Positions 17,488 to 25,445 of a stretch of 64,000 nucleotides of DNA are shown here, piece by piece. A program made the translations under genes and the position numbers. The notes under the pieces were generated by a model, which was not told the origin of the DNA, ran no database searches, and worked only from the letters and a program-made list of their open reading frames with translations. The stretch is taken from the IMG/VR virus record IMGVR_UViG_3300044630_002434, positions 32,001-96,000 of that record; one strand, written 5' to 3'. Source of the stretch: a virus. Numbering within the stretch: the stretch's first letter is position 1; each line of letters starts with the position of its first letter.

Positions 17488-17820
17488 CTACTTAGCGACA
17501 ATGATGTCGTAAGTAGAAACCTTGGCGCATTGTTCATACGCTTCGGGGTTCGACAACTTCAACTTCTCGGAGTCGATAGTCGTGCGAGAGCGTGGTGCGA
17601 GTTCAACCACTGGTAAACCCTTGACAGTACCTGTCTTGGCTGAACCAATGAGTTCGCGAATAGCATTGTCAATTTCTGACTTTGCCTTTTCGAGTTCCTT
17701 GATTGCAAGTTTTGCGTTAGCAAAATCTGCAAGCAGGTTCGCGATGTTGGTGTCGTCCAATTCAACAGTGGACGTTTCTGTGACAACCTGTGTTGTCGTT
17801 ACCTGTGTGCGTATGCTCAC
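17488..17820 (-). CDS. coiled-coil protein resembling the C-terminal region of YqaJ-type phage proteins
   Basis: Helical segment followed by R.TIDS.KLK...PE.Y pattern. Confidence 0.6.
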   Translation of the reverse strand: MSIRTQVTTTQVVTETSTVELDDTNIANLLADFANAKLAIKELEKAKSEIDNAIRELIGSAKTGTVKGLPVVELAPRSRTTIDSEKLKLSNPEAYEQCAKVSTYDIIVAK

Positions 17821-18133
17821 TTTGGCGATTCCCCTTTCAGGAGTATTCGATAGACCATCTAACGAACAGTTGCAACTTTACACGATGTCCCTGACATTTG
17901 TCAAATCGAGCGTGTCCACCCCAATTTCTTGGGCTGTTTCGTTCATAGAACCAATGTAACACACGAACCTGACAAAGCGCAACTTATTTAGATAACGATT
18001 TGATAACGGACCCGGAAATAAAAAATTTCAGTTCTGGGTTGTTGGAGGCAGGCTTCAATAAAAAATTTCAGTTTTAGGCAAAAAGAAACCCCCGTCCGAA
18101 ACTCGCTGGTTTCGATTTAACGGGGGCTAATCT

Positions 18134-18331
18134 TTATGGGGTTTCTAGTTCTTGTTCCCACTTTATGGTGTCGTACATTCCCCAGATTTCATCATCTGTG
18201 AAGTTCTCGTGCAACCAGATAGAGGCGCGAGTCTGGGTTACTGGGTTTTCGTCTACTGGCTTAGCAGTTCCGAAGATGCTACCCATAAGGGCGTTGTATG
18301 CGTGTGCGTTTGCTTCATGCGGTTTGTTCAT
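18134..18331 (-). CDS. hypothetical protein (65 aa)
   Basis: Coupled ORF followed by terminator. Confidence 0.65.
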   Translation of the reverse strand: MNKPHEANAHAYNALMGSIFGTAKPVDENPVTQTRASIWLHENFTDDEIWGMYDTIKWEQELETP

Positions 18332-18792
18332 ACTCCTACGGTAACACGAGGCACTGACATTTCTTCAGGTGTCCAAATGTAGGGGAGGTCACTTGGCGTA
18401 TCAGAAAAAAATTCAGAATAATACTCAGGTGCTTTCCGTAAAAGATTCGAACGGTGTGATTCGTGGAACGCTAGGTTTCCGATGAACCACGGCAAGCCTT
18501 CGTACCGCTTACCTTCGACCGTCAGTTCTCGCATCCGTTGCACGAAGTACGGTAACAGGTTGTCCACGTATCCGCGACTCTTCCACTCCGACGACATCGC
18601 TGAACCGTAGTACGCGAGCACGAACTCGTAACCCGTCCACATCTTGGTCGCGGGATGGTTCACCCATCCCTTGGTCTCGCCGTTAAGTGCCATCAGTATC
18701 TGCTTGGTCTCTACCCGTTGCTTCCCAAGCCGTCGGTAGTCCAATACGCTCGCCGTCTTCTCGAAGTCCGCGTATGGCAGGAACGTCTGCAT
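18328..18792 (-). CDS. pyrimidine-dimer DNA glycosylase / MSMEG_6728-family protein
   Basis: MQTFLPY...LD.RRLGKQRVE..QI...HPA.KMW.GY...SHRSNLLRK.P..Y. Confidence 0.85.
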   Translation of the reverse strand: MQTFLPYADFEKTASVLDYRRLGKQRVETKQILMALNGETKGWVNHPATKMWTGYEFVLAYYGSAMSSEWKSRGYVDNLLPYFVQRMRELTVEGKRYEGLPWFIGNLAFHESHRSNLLRKAPEYYSEFFSDTPSDLPYIWTPEEMSVPRVTVGV

Positions 18793-18953
18793 TAGCGCTC
18801 GCCGTTCTCTCGAACTAGCGCGATTGCTCTCGCCATGCCTGCAGACCATCCGTCGTTGAACGCGACATCCACTTCGTTCTCTTCTTCAGCGTCCGTCATG
18901 TCTTCTTCGGTTACCCGTTCCCACTCCTCCATTAAAATTTCTAACAGCGTCAT
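18792..18953 (-). CDS. acidic hypothetical protein (53 aa)
   Basis: Coupled ORF. Confidence 0.6.
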   Translation of the reverse strand: MTLLEILMEEWERVTEEDMTDAEEENEVDVAFNDGWSAGMARAIALVRENGER

Positions 18954-19111
18954 GCGGTCACGCCCGCCAACTTCCACGCCTTCTTTAGGTCGCGGTCGAA
19001 GTCGCGTTGCAGTTTAGCCCACGCCGTTTCGTCAAAAAGAATTGGGTGGACCTCTTGCTTGTTTCGGTTAAGTACTCGCCGTATAAAAGATTTCAGTTCT
19101 GTGTAGTTCAT
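18950..19111 (-). CDS. hypothetical protein (53 aa, MNYTELK...)
   Basis: Translated by hand; SD AGGAGG; ATGA overlap. Confidence 0.6.
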   Translation of the reverse strand: MNYTELKSFIRRVLNRNKQEVHPILFDETAWAKLQRDFDRDLKKAWKLAGVTA

Positions 19112-19189
19112 GTTTTGGTTCCTCCTTTGCCAAGCAAGGCACGCCGTGTGCCTCGCCGTCTTGATGTATTAACTTTATGATAAAAGTTT

Positions 19190-19474
19190 TTAGATGTCAA
19201 GCGCGTACTCTGGAAGTTCTAGACCTGCTCCGTTTAACGCTCGCCGTATTAAACCTTGCTGACGCGAGGTTGTCTGCGAGTATTTACCTACGTTCAGATA
19301 AGTAACCTGACGTTTTTCTGTGTTTACACTAGCCATCCGTGTTGAGTACGAGTAGATGTCGTAGATGATGTCGCCACTGGCATCAGACCACTTAGAGGCT
19401 TTCATGCTGTGACCGTGCTTGAATGGTTTAAACGCTGGAATAAATTCTTCTGCAATTTCTTTGTAACTAGGCAT
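19190..19474 (-). CDS. conserved phage hypothetical protein (94 aa)
   Basis: Y.IYSY.T...KYS.TTSR.Q motif. Confidence 0.8.
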   Translation of the reverse strand: MPSYKEIAEEFIPAFKPFKHGHSMKASKWSDASGDIIYDIYSYSTRMASVNTEKRQVTYLNVGKYSQTTSRQQGLIRRALNGAGLELPEYALDI

Positions 19475-19560
19475 TTCTTAGTTCCCTTCTGTTGACGTGT
19501 CTCATCAACAAGAGCAACTCTATCATACCAACCTGACATCCGTCAACTCAGGGCACGCCG

Positions 19561-19908
19561 TTAAATTTCTTCAGGGTCAAGGTCAAAAAGATTTTCTTCG
19601 ACCATTCCCCAGAAAGTTTCGAAGGTCTTGGACTTCTCTTGAAGTTCCTCAATCGGTTCGTTGTACTCAACAACCGTTAGTTCAGGAACATGGTCCTCTT
19701 CGGGTTCGATGTGGTGGCTTTGGTAAATGTAGTCTCCGTCTTCGGTAATCAGGTACATGATTACGTACGCGCCACATTCGTTCTCGAATATGACTTGGTA
19801 CATTTTGGTCAACGGGTCGTAGATAGGGCATGACACAGAAAGCATGTCGTGCATGTAGGTCCCTTTGTGGATGATACGGCTTGGGTGAATCTTGTGGCGT
19901 TTGTTCAT
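19561..19908 (-). CDS. hypothetical protein (115 aa)
   Basis: Leaderless ATG just below promoter 19915-19943. Confidence 0.6.
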   Translation of the reverse strand: MNKRHKIHPSRIIHKGTYMHDMLSVSCPIYDPLTKMYQVIFENECGAYVIMYLITEDGDYIYQSHHIEPEEDHVPELTVVEYNEPIEELQEKSKTFETFWGMVEENLFDLDPEEI

Positions 19909-20143
19909 ACCAGCAGTATTGCACGCCTGCCTGACATTTGCAAATCGGTCGGGGGCACGCCGTCATAAAAAATTTCAGTTTTTAATTTGCACGGATGGAT
20001 TTTACGGACCCCTCCCGGAAAATATAAAAAGGAGGCGGGTGTGGCCTGGCGGCTTCTTCCAGGCTCAGCGGCTATCCGTTTAAAAAATTACGTCGACAAT
20101 CAGTGCGGCTATGAGAAGCGCTCCAAGTAGCGCGAATGGAAAC

Positions 20144-20311
20144 TTAAACTCGGTCATCGGTTGACTCGGCGGTTAGTAGGTTGAACAGTTCAGTCGCGCG
20201 GTTTGCTCTCGCCGTTACGCGGATGTGCTCTTCGCGGGTTTTGCATAGCGGGATGTCATCCGTTAAGTTCCGGGCTAGTTCTTCAGCAATCGCTAGTAAA
20301 TTATTCGGCAT
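20144..20311 (-). CDS. hypothetical protein (55 aa)
   Basis: Overlaps the end of the upstream gene. Confidence 0.55.
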   Translation of the reverse strand: MPNNLLAIAEELARNLTDDIPLCKTREEHIRVTARANRATELFNLLTAESTDDRV

Positions 20312-21287
20312 CCGTGCTCGCCGCCTGGCCGCCTGAGATGTCATCCGTTATTATATTTTCCGGGCTCTCTTCAGGATTGGATACAATCTCAGCATCCGTT
20401 ATCTCGTAGGTTTCAAACGCTTTTGCTTGGGACTCTTCTGGGGACAGGACGCTATAGACACTCGCCGCTCCTGCAGCAAGCCGTTGTAATCTTTCGGCAA
20501 CAATGACATGCGGTGGACGCGCATCGTTAACTTCGATGTCCACACTCAGGTCCGTTCCTCCGCGCACGCCTGCACGGTCAAGAATTTCTGTAGCGGCTTT
20601 AAGTTTTACGGGTTCCGACTCAGCGTTCTCCATCATATCTTCTAGAACGTCGACTGCGTATGGTGCGGCTTGGATGAGTTTGCGTCTCGCCCGTTCCACA
20701 TCTTCGCCCGGTTTGCGGACGGACTTTAAGTGGGCTCGGCACAAGCCGTCATCTTTGAGGCGACCCGATGCCCAAAGCATGCATCGCAAGCCGTCTTCCT
20801 TTACGGTTCGGCATCGAGTCGGAAGAACTGCGGGTTGCTTCCTTTCGCTCGCCGTTGGTTCGTTTTGCTCCGTTACCCACTTACGGGTCGCGCCGATAAC
20901 CCAAGGTGGGGAAATCTTCATGGCGGTGTCATCAAGGAGAAGGTCCACGCCCGTTAGGTAATCTGAATTATTATTTGAACCGTCAACTAAAAGCGGTCGC
21001 TTCTCAACCAGTGATAGGACACGCCGTTCGCGCATTGCCTCTGGAGACCGTGCGGCTATCATGCCCGTTGGGTTACCCGTTGCGTCGTAAACGGAATCCC
21101 AGTTGTAGTGGGCACGCCGTAATGTGGAACGGTTGTCGTAGGTGTCATCGCACACGCCCCGTTCGTGCTCTATGATACCGAGTTCCGAAAGGTCGGGGCG
21201 TAGGTCTAGTGGTGTATCAAGGCGTGGCGCTCTATCGGTTGGGTCATCTTTGGGACCCTCCGACTCGAATTTAATTACTTCGCTCAT
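20301..21287 (-). CDS. putative terminase small subunit-like / HGGxSTG-like zinc-binding protein
   Basis: C..(G.RC)..C..H cluster followed by ARRKL..AAP.AV..L...VKLKAA.EILDRAG helix pattern seen in TerS-like proteins. Confidence 0.55.
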   Translation of the reverse strand: MSEVIKFESEGPKDDPTDRAPRLDTPLDLRPDLSELGIIEHERGVCDDTYDNRSTLRRAHYNWDSVYDATGNPTGMIAARSPEAMRERRVLSLVEKRPLLVDGSNNNSDYLTGVDLLLDDTAMKISPPWVIGATRKWVTEQNEPTASERKQPAVLPTRCRTVKEDGLRCMLWASGRLKDDGLCRAHLKSVRKPGEDVERARRKLIQAAPYAVDVLEDMMENAESEPVKLKAATEILDRAGVRGGTDLSVDIEVNDARPPHVIVAERLQRLAAGAASVYSVLSPEESQAKAFETYEITDAEIVSNPEESPENIITDDISGGQAASTDAE

Positions 21288-21405
21288 GTCTCGCCGTTCA
21301 ATAAAAAATTTCAGTTATCGTTCCACATTGTGAGACGACTTGCTCGCCGTTAAAAAATTTCAGTTTTCGCGTGCGGGGCAAGCCGCCTTCACCTGGAAGT
21401 TGTAA

Positions 21406-21612
21406 TTACTTTTTCTTGGGGGCGGGAGTCGCCGTCTTCTTCTTGGCGGGTGCCTTTTTAGCCGGGGCTTTCTTGGTTGGTGCCTTTGTTGCGGATGGTG
21501 CAACAATTGGTTCTGGGACTTTAAGGAACTTGCCGTCTTTGTCGCGTGGCATTTGTTCGGCGGCTTTGCGACGTGCGCGGCTGTTCAGGAAGTTCTTTAA
21601 TTTTTTAAGCAT
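21406..21612 (-). CDS. small basic protein with histone-like AKK/PAKK tail
   Basis: KAPTKKAPAKKAPAKKK; PRDKDGKF. Confidence 0.7.
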   Translation of the reverse strand: MLKKLKNFLNSRARRKAAEQMPRDKDGKFLKVPEPIVAPSATKAPTKKAPAKKAPAKKKTATPAPKKK

Positions 21613-21628
21613 GGAAGGGGGTTCCGTT

Positions 21629-21850
21629 CTAGTTTTTTGTCAGGGATGCGGACTCTGGGTCGCCGACCTGTGTGGATGCGATACTGGACAAAACGGACAA
21701 AAGAGCAGCGCCGAGTGAGACCTTTAGGGTGTCTACGGTTGCGATGGTAAAGATGCCAGCCATGTCTGAACCTGTGAGGGCAATGAAGGTCTGGGCAAAG
21801 GTTTTAATCGCTCTTTCGGCGAGGTCGTTCAAGAACTTTTTATTATACAT
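21629..21850 (-). CDS. holin, r1t-like family
   Basis: ERAIKTFAQT...L.SVL.SIAS motif. Confidence 0.85.
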   Translation of the reverse strand: MYNKKFLNDLAERAIKTFAQTFIALTGSDMAGIFTIATVDTLKVSLGAALLSVLSSIASTQVGDPESASLTKN

Positions 21851-22068
21851 AAAATGTCTCCGTTGTCAAATCCAGTGTGTATCTTTTATAACTATTAGAT
21901 AACAAGATGATAACGGTTTAAATCTCGGACGATTTTTTGGCGCGTGGAGAGACAGGCGAGCCGTTTTGCCCCTTCTATAAAGAGAACCCCATAGAATAAG
22001 GGTTTTCTAGAATCAAAGTATTATATAAGTTTAGCCCGAAAAAAGTGTTTATATTTGGGCGTGTCGCA

Positions 22069-22164
22069 TTACTTTTTTGGGTCTAGAACTGCCCAGACTG
22101 CCCAAGCGCAGATTCCAACACCGATAAACAAACCAGCAACTAATCCAACTAGAAACGCAAACAT
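22069..22164 (-). CDS. single-TM micro-protein (31 aa)
   Basis: Translated by hand, MFAFLVGLVAGLFIGVG...; TGATG coupling. Confidence 0.5.
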   Translation of the reverse strand: MFAFLVGLVAGLFIGVGICAWAVWAVLDPKK

Positions 22165-22637
22165 CAGACTTCCTCTCTACATTCCTGACATAATAAAGCA
22201 TCATACCCTGTTGGCTGGGATGTAGCGTGACCGCTCTTGGTTACAGGAACGGGTGTCACAATCTCGTCAACTTTTCCGCATCTGTCGCACTTCAAATCAA
22301 CAATCCATTCTGCTGATTTACCTGACATAATTAGCGCACTCAATCCGCGACTCAAGGCGTGCATAGCCCCACCGCCTACGGTCTTTCGCAGGAACGCACG
22401 AGTATCATCAACTTCTAGAACTGCTCTAGGAGATTTGCAAGGACAATCCAACCGAGACGGTTTGCACATAATCTGACCTGCATATTCCTTGTGTCGGGAC
22501 ATTCCGTGTCCACAGATACAGATTCGGCTATCCCTGTCCTTACCCCTTTGAGTATGGGCAGTATCCGTTATAACAGCCATATCTGGGTCAACCCCAATGG
22601 CAATCAAGGCATTTCTTGCGCTGTCGTCAGTCGTCAT
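22164..22637 (-). CDS. Cys-rich hypothetical protein (157 aa)
   Basis: CICGH...H...C.C plus two CxxC. Confidence 0.75.
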   Translation of the reverse strand: MTTDDSARNALIAIGVDPDMAVITDTAHTQRGKDRDSRICICGHGMSRHKEYAGQIMCKPSRLDCPCKSPRAVLEVDDTRAFLRKTVGGGAMHALSRGLSALIMSGKSAEWIVDLKCDRCGKVDEIVTPVPVTKSGHATSQPTGYDALLCQECREEV

Positions 22638-22827
22638 AATTTTCCATCTCTTTCGATAAGTTTTCCGCGATTTCGATAAAGGTCATTTCGTCCTCTATGC
22701 TCTTTTTCAACTCGGTATAGAACCCCAGCAAGGCTTGCGTTTTCTTGAAATTAAGGTATGATGTATAGCCAATTATAGCCAGACCTGCACCCAAGAAAGC
22801 GCTAATCCCCATCAACAGATATTCCAT
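22627..22827 (-). CDS. small membrane protein (66 aa)
   Basis: N-terminal TM segment. Confidence 0.6.
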   Translation of the reverse strand: MEYLLMGISAFLGAGLAIIGYTSYLNFKKTQALLGFYTELKKSIEDEMTFIEIAENLSKEMENYDD

Positions 22828-23023
22828 CAGCGAATCCCCTATCTCTTGTTTCCAATAGTACTTCCGATACCCCGTGACTGTCAAGCAGTGAACTCACAAC
22901 TTCCTCAGCCTTGGCTTCCCATCTATCTTTTTCTTCCTGACTTAAGTCAGCCATTCCATCAGGGAACCAATACCTCAAGGTATCCTCCACAAAATCCTCA
23001 TAGGCTCTCTTCATCCGACTCAC
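22802..23023 (-). CDS. hypothetical protein (73 aa)
   Basis: SD AAGGAG. Confidence 0.6.
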   Translation of the reverse strand: MSRMKRAYEDFVEDTLRYWFPDGMADLSQEEKDRWEAKAEEVVSSLLDSHGVSEVLLETRDRGFADGISVDGD

Positions 23024-23035
23024 GCTAACTCCTTA

Positions 23036-23410
23036 AAGTTATCCACAGGCTTGCTCTAAATATTTTATTAAAGTCAACCATAACATAAAAAAACCAAACA
23101 TAAAACCAGCAAACATAAAAGTCAACTATATTTTACCAACCCCCCTAAGCGTATGCATACGCGCGTAAGAGAAATATAGTTAACTTTTATGTATGGTGTA
23201 TAGTTACTTTTATAATACTAGTCAAAATAATTTATCCGAAAATGTTTTTTCTTGCTAGTAACACCATCATCAACCAAACATAAAAACATAAAAAAACCAT
23301 ACACCATTAAACCAAACATTAAACATAAAACAACCAAACACTAAACATAAAAGTCAACTATATTTCCCAGACTAAAAACGCAAATCCAGAGAAAAGTTAT
23401 CCACAGCCCT
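23036..23410. other. putative replication-origin-like region
   Basis: TTATCCACA DnaA boxes at 23039 and 23397; 23-bp direct repeat 23111-23133/23343-23365; inverted copy 23172-23192; palindrome GCGTATGCATACGC at 23149-23162; AT-rich; at the transcription divergence point. Confidence 0.6.
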
Positions 23411-23452
23411 ACCCCTCTTGACAGACCAAAATCCAAGGAGTAATCTACCGAT

Positions 23453-23752
23453 ATGAATTCTGAAATATACCTAACCCTTGAAGAGTACAACGACTTTGTT
23501 TCCAAAGCGCACTCTCAATATATGATAAACCGTCTGCAACATACTCCAGCACATGCCTATAAAAAGCATCACCCTGCTGACCTTGCAATCGAAACCGCAT
23601 CATTCTTTGAAGCATCCTATCTAGTCCTTGATTCCTATCTAGATGTAGTTACCGCACGACTAAGGGATGAGAGGGAACGAAAAGAGAAATCTCTAGAGCC
23701 CACCGAAAACAAGAAACCAAAGAAGGAAAGAAAACAGGTAAAAGAAAGATGA
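23453..23752 (+). CDS. hypothetical protein (99 aa)
   Basis: TTGACA-type promoter directly upstream. Confidence 0.65.
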   Translation: MNSEIYLTLEEYNDFVSKAHSQYMINRLQHTPAHAYKKHHPADLAIETASFFEASYLVLDSYLDVVTARLRDERERKEKSLEPTENKKPKKERKQVKER

Positions 23753-23809
23753 AATACCTACTAGATAAAATTAAAACAGCAAAGACTAACCGCTTACTAA
23801 AAAAGCACG

Positions 23810-24007
23810 TTGGCAAATCAACGTACTGGGATTAATATGATTAAACAAGGTTTCTTTATTCGAACATTTACCTTAGTCACGTTTACAGGTCTTGCTTGGC
23901 TTTTACTTTTTGACCAGTTAAACCAAGAAACTATTATACAAACTACCCTGTTTTCATTATTTCTTTCTTTTGCACTATCTTTGATTAAGAGCAACCAAGA
24001 AAAATAA
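23810..24007 (+). CDS. small 2-TM membrane protein
   Basis: Two hydrophobic segments; start may be the ATG near 23837. Confidence 0.55.
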   Translation: MANQRTGINMIKQGFFIRTFTLVTFTGLAWLLLFDQLNQETIIQTTLFSLFLSFALSLIKSNQEK

Positions 24008-24080
24008 ATAAACAATTCATTATATCCGCAACGACAACAAAATTTGGACAATCGAAAAAGTCCAATAAAGAAAGGGTTTT

Positions 24081-24371
24081 ATGTTACTCAGAAAATATAT
24101 CGGAGAGACACTACTAAAAGAACGTACAAAGCAGGAAAGAACACTAAGAGATGTATCTGCTCAAGCAACCGTTTCCTTGGGCTACCTATCCGAACTAGAG
24201 AGAGGACTTAAAGAAGCGTCCTCCGAAGTCCTAAACTCAATCTGCGAAGCATTAGTTATGAGCCCTGTTGACCTACTAATAGATGTAACAGCATCTATGA
24301 GTAAAGACTTAGGAAGGGAATTAGATAATGAGTTTTATTCCGTCCAATCTAAAGAAACACTTAATATCTAG
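24081..24371 (+). CDS. clgR: XRE HTH regulator, ClgR-like
   Basis: LLR..IG..L...R..Q.RTLR.VS..A.VSLGYLSE.ERG.KEASSE.L..IC.AL matches the actinobacterial ClgR signature. Confidence 0.8.
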   Translation: MLLRKYIGETLLKERTKQERTLRDVSAQATVSLGYLSELERGLKEASSEVLNSICEALVMSPVDLLIDVTASMSKDLGRELDNEFYSVQSKETLNI

Positions 24372-24586
24372 GCTAATAACTTTAGATGAAAAGATAGGAT
24401 TCCTTAGAGACCAGAACCCCTCTTTCAGGGCACTAACATGCACATCAATCTTTGAAGAAGTTGAGAAGGGGATTAGAGAGTGCATTGTAAGTGAGATATA
24501 TGCTTGGCATGATGTTGATTGCGCCAACGGTATTAACTGTAACTGCCCTGAAATTGCTAACTTAATTGCACCAGATTTAGGAGGAT

Positions 24587-25042
24587 ATGAAAGTGAAGAC
24601 TAAAGCAACTAGAGAAGTGTCAGGTAATCCGTTGACGCGGTTTTTATCCGATACCGCAATGAACGTAGCCTCAAGTCTAATAAAGGTTGCTTCATCTAGA
24701 GCACTTATGTATGAAGTTTACGACTGGGATGAAGATTTTGATTCAACAATATTTTACGAAGATACAGAGAACTTAGTAGAAATCTCCAGACTTTTAGATG
24801 AAGCATATGACAACTACTTCACTAAATCACCAGACGGTTCTGCTAAAGGTAGTGACGGTTCTTTGACTGCATCTTTCGGTACATATTTCGACCGCAAGGG
24901 TGCTGGAATAAAGGTAACCAATGTTCGTATCTTCTCTTACATTTTTTGTAAAGAAAGAAGCATAGATTTCTCTACCACCGAAAAAGCCCTAGCAGAAGTT
25001 AAGAAGTGGCACGCAAAAGAGACGGGACTTTCTAGTGACTAA
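24587..25042 (+). CDS. hypothetical protein (151 aa)
   Basis: SD AGGAGG. Confidence 0.65.
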   Translation: MKVKTKATREVSGNPLTRFLSDTAMNVASSLIKVASSRALMYEVYDWDEDFDSTIFYEDTENLVEISRLLDEAYDNYFTKSPDGSAKGSDGSLTASFGTYFDRKGAGIKVTNVRIFSYIFCKERSIDFSTTEKALAEVKKWHAKETGLSSD

Positions 25043-25445
25043 GAACTCTGACTTCGACATTGACTTCTCTAACGGAAGAGCAGGGGAAGATTCGATTGCA
25101 TATGCACTAAACATCTCAACCGTTGAGGTTAAACGCGACCTAAAGTGGTTCGACACAAACAACTTCTTTATAGAGTACGAATGCTTTAACATAACCCAAA
25201 ACCAATACATCCCAAGCGGTTTGAAGACTACTAAATCTACGCATTATGTTTTTGTTTTAGGTGACACTTTTATAGGGCTCCCGACCCAACAACTAAAAGA
25301 TTTAATCAACAAGAAGCATCACGAAGGAACTCTTAGAGATGTAGACTGTTACATACCACCAAACCAAAGTAGGGGTTATCTTGTCACGGTTCAAGACATT
25401 CTGGAATTCCAAAAAGAAAAAGGAAGAGAACTCACAAATGCATAG
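25035..25445 (+). CDS. PD-(D/E)xK-like phage protein
   Basis: FD.D...G..GE...VEVK.D...N.FIE...PSG...TK. Confidence 0.6.
   Translation: MTKNSDFDIDFSNGRAGEDSIAYALNISTVEVKRDLKWFDTNNFFIEYECFNITQNQYIPSGLKTTKSTHYVFVLGDTFIGLPTQQLKDLINKKHHEGTLRDVDCYIPPNQSRGYLVTVQDILEFQKEKGRELTNA

Larger units (their letters stand above)
234..19943 (-). promoter_or_regulatory. family of >30 sigmaA/sigma70-type promoters, most with TGTCAGG in the spacer
   Basis: Examples: TTGACA-17-TAGAAT (234-262), TTGACA-17-TATAAT (1985-2013, 2140-2168), TTGACA-17-TAAACT (3643-3671). Plus-strand (C/T)CTGAC core near 248, 2155, 3862, 4195, 4457, 4877, 5479, 5923, 6370, 6808, 8663, 9035, 9645, 10090, 10862, 11386, 12115, 12474, 12850, 13320, 13733, 17890, 17968, 19532, 19930; an outlier at 33040. 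Confidence 0.9.
581..21365 (+). repeat. dispersed polar motif AAAAA(A)TTTCAGT(T), about 21 near-exact copies
   Basis: Copies at about 581, 1152, 1731, 2316, 3917, 4917, 6413, 8700, 9097, 10914, 12176, 12891, 13774, 13812, 18020, 18060, 19967, 21303, 21352; inverted at 5551 and 9694; variants at 3223, 7495, 19085; none noticed beyond 21.4 kb. Confidence 0.92.

Noticed and set aside
581-21365. CRISPR-like array formed by the repeated motifs
   Set aside because: Repeats are 13-15 bp, hundreds of bp apart and separated by genes; there is no repeat-spacer periodicity
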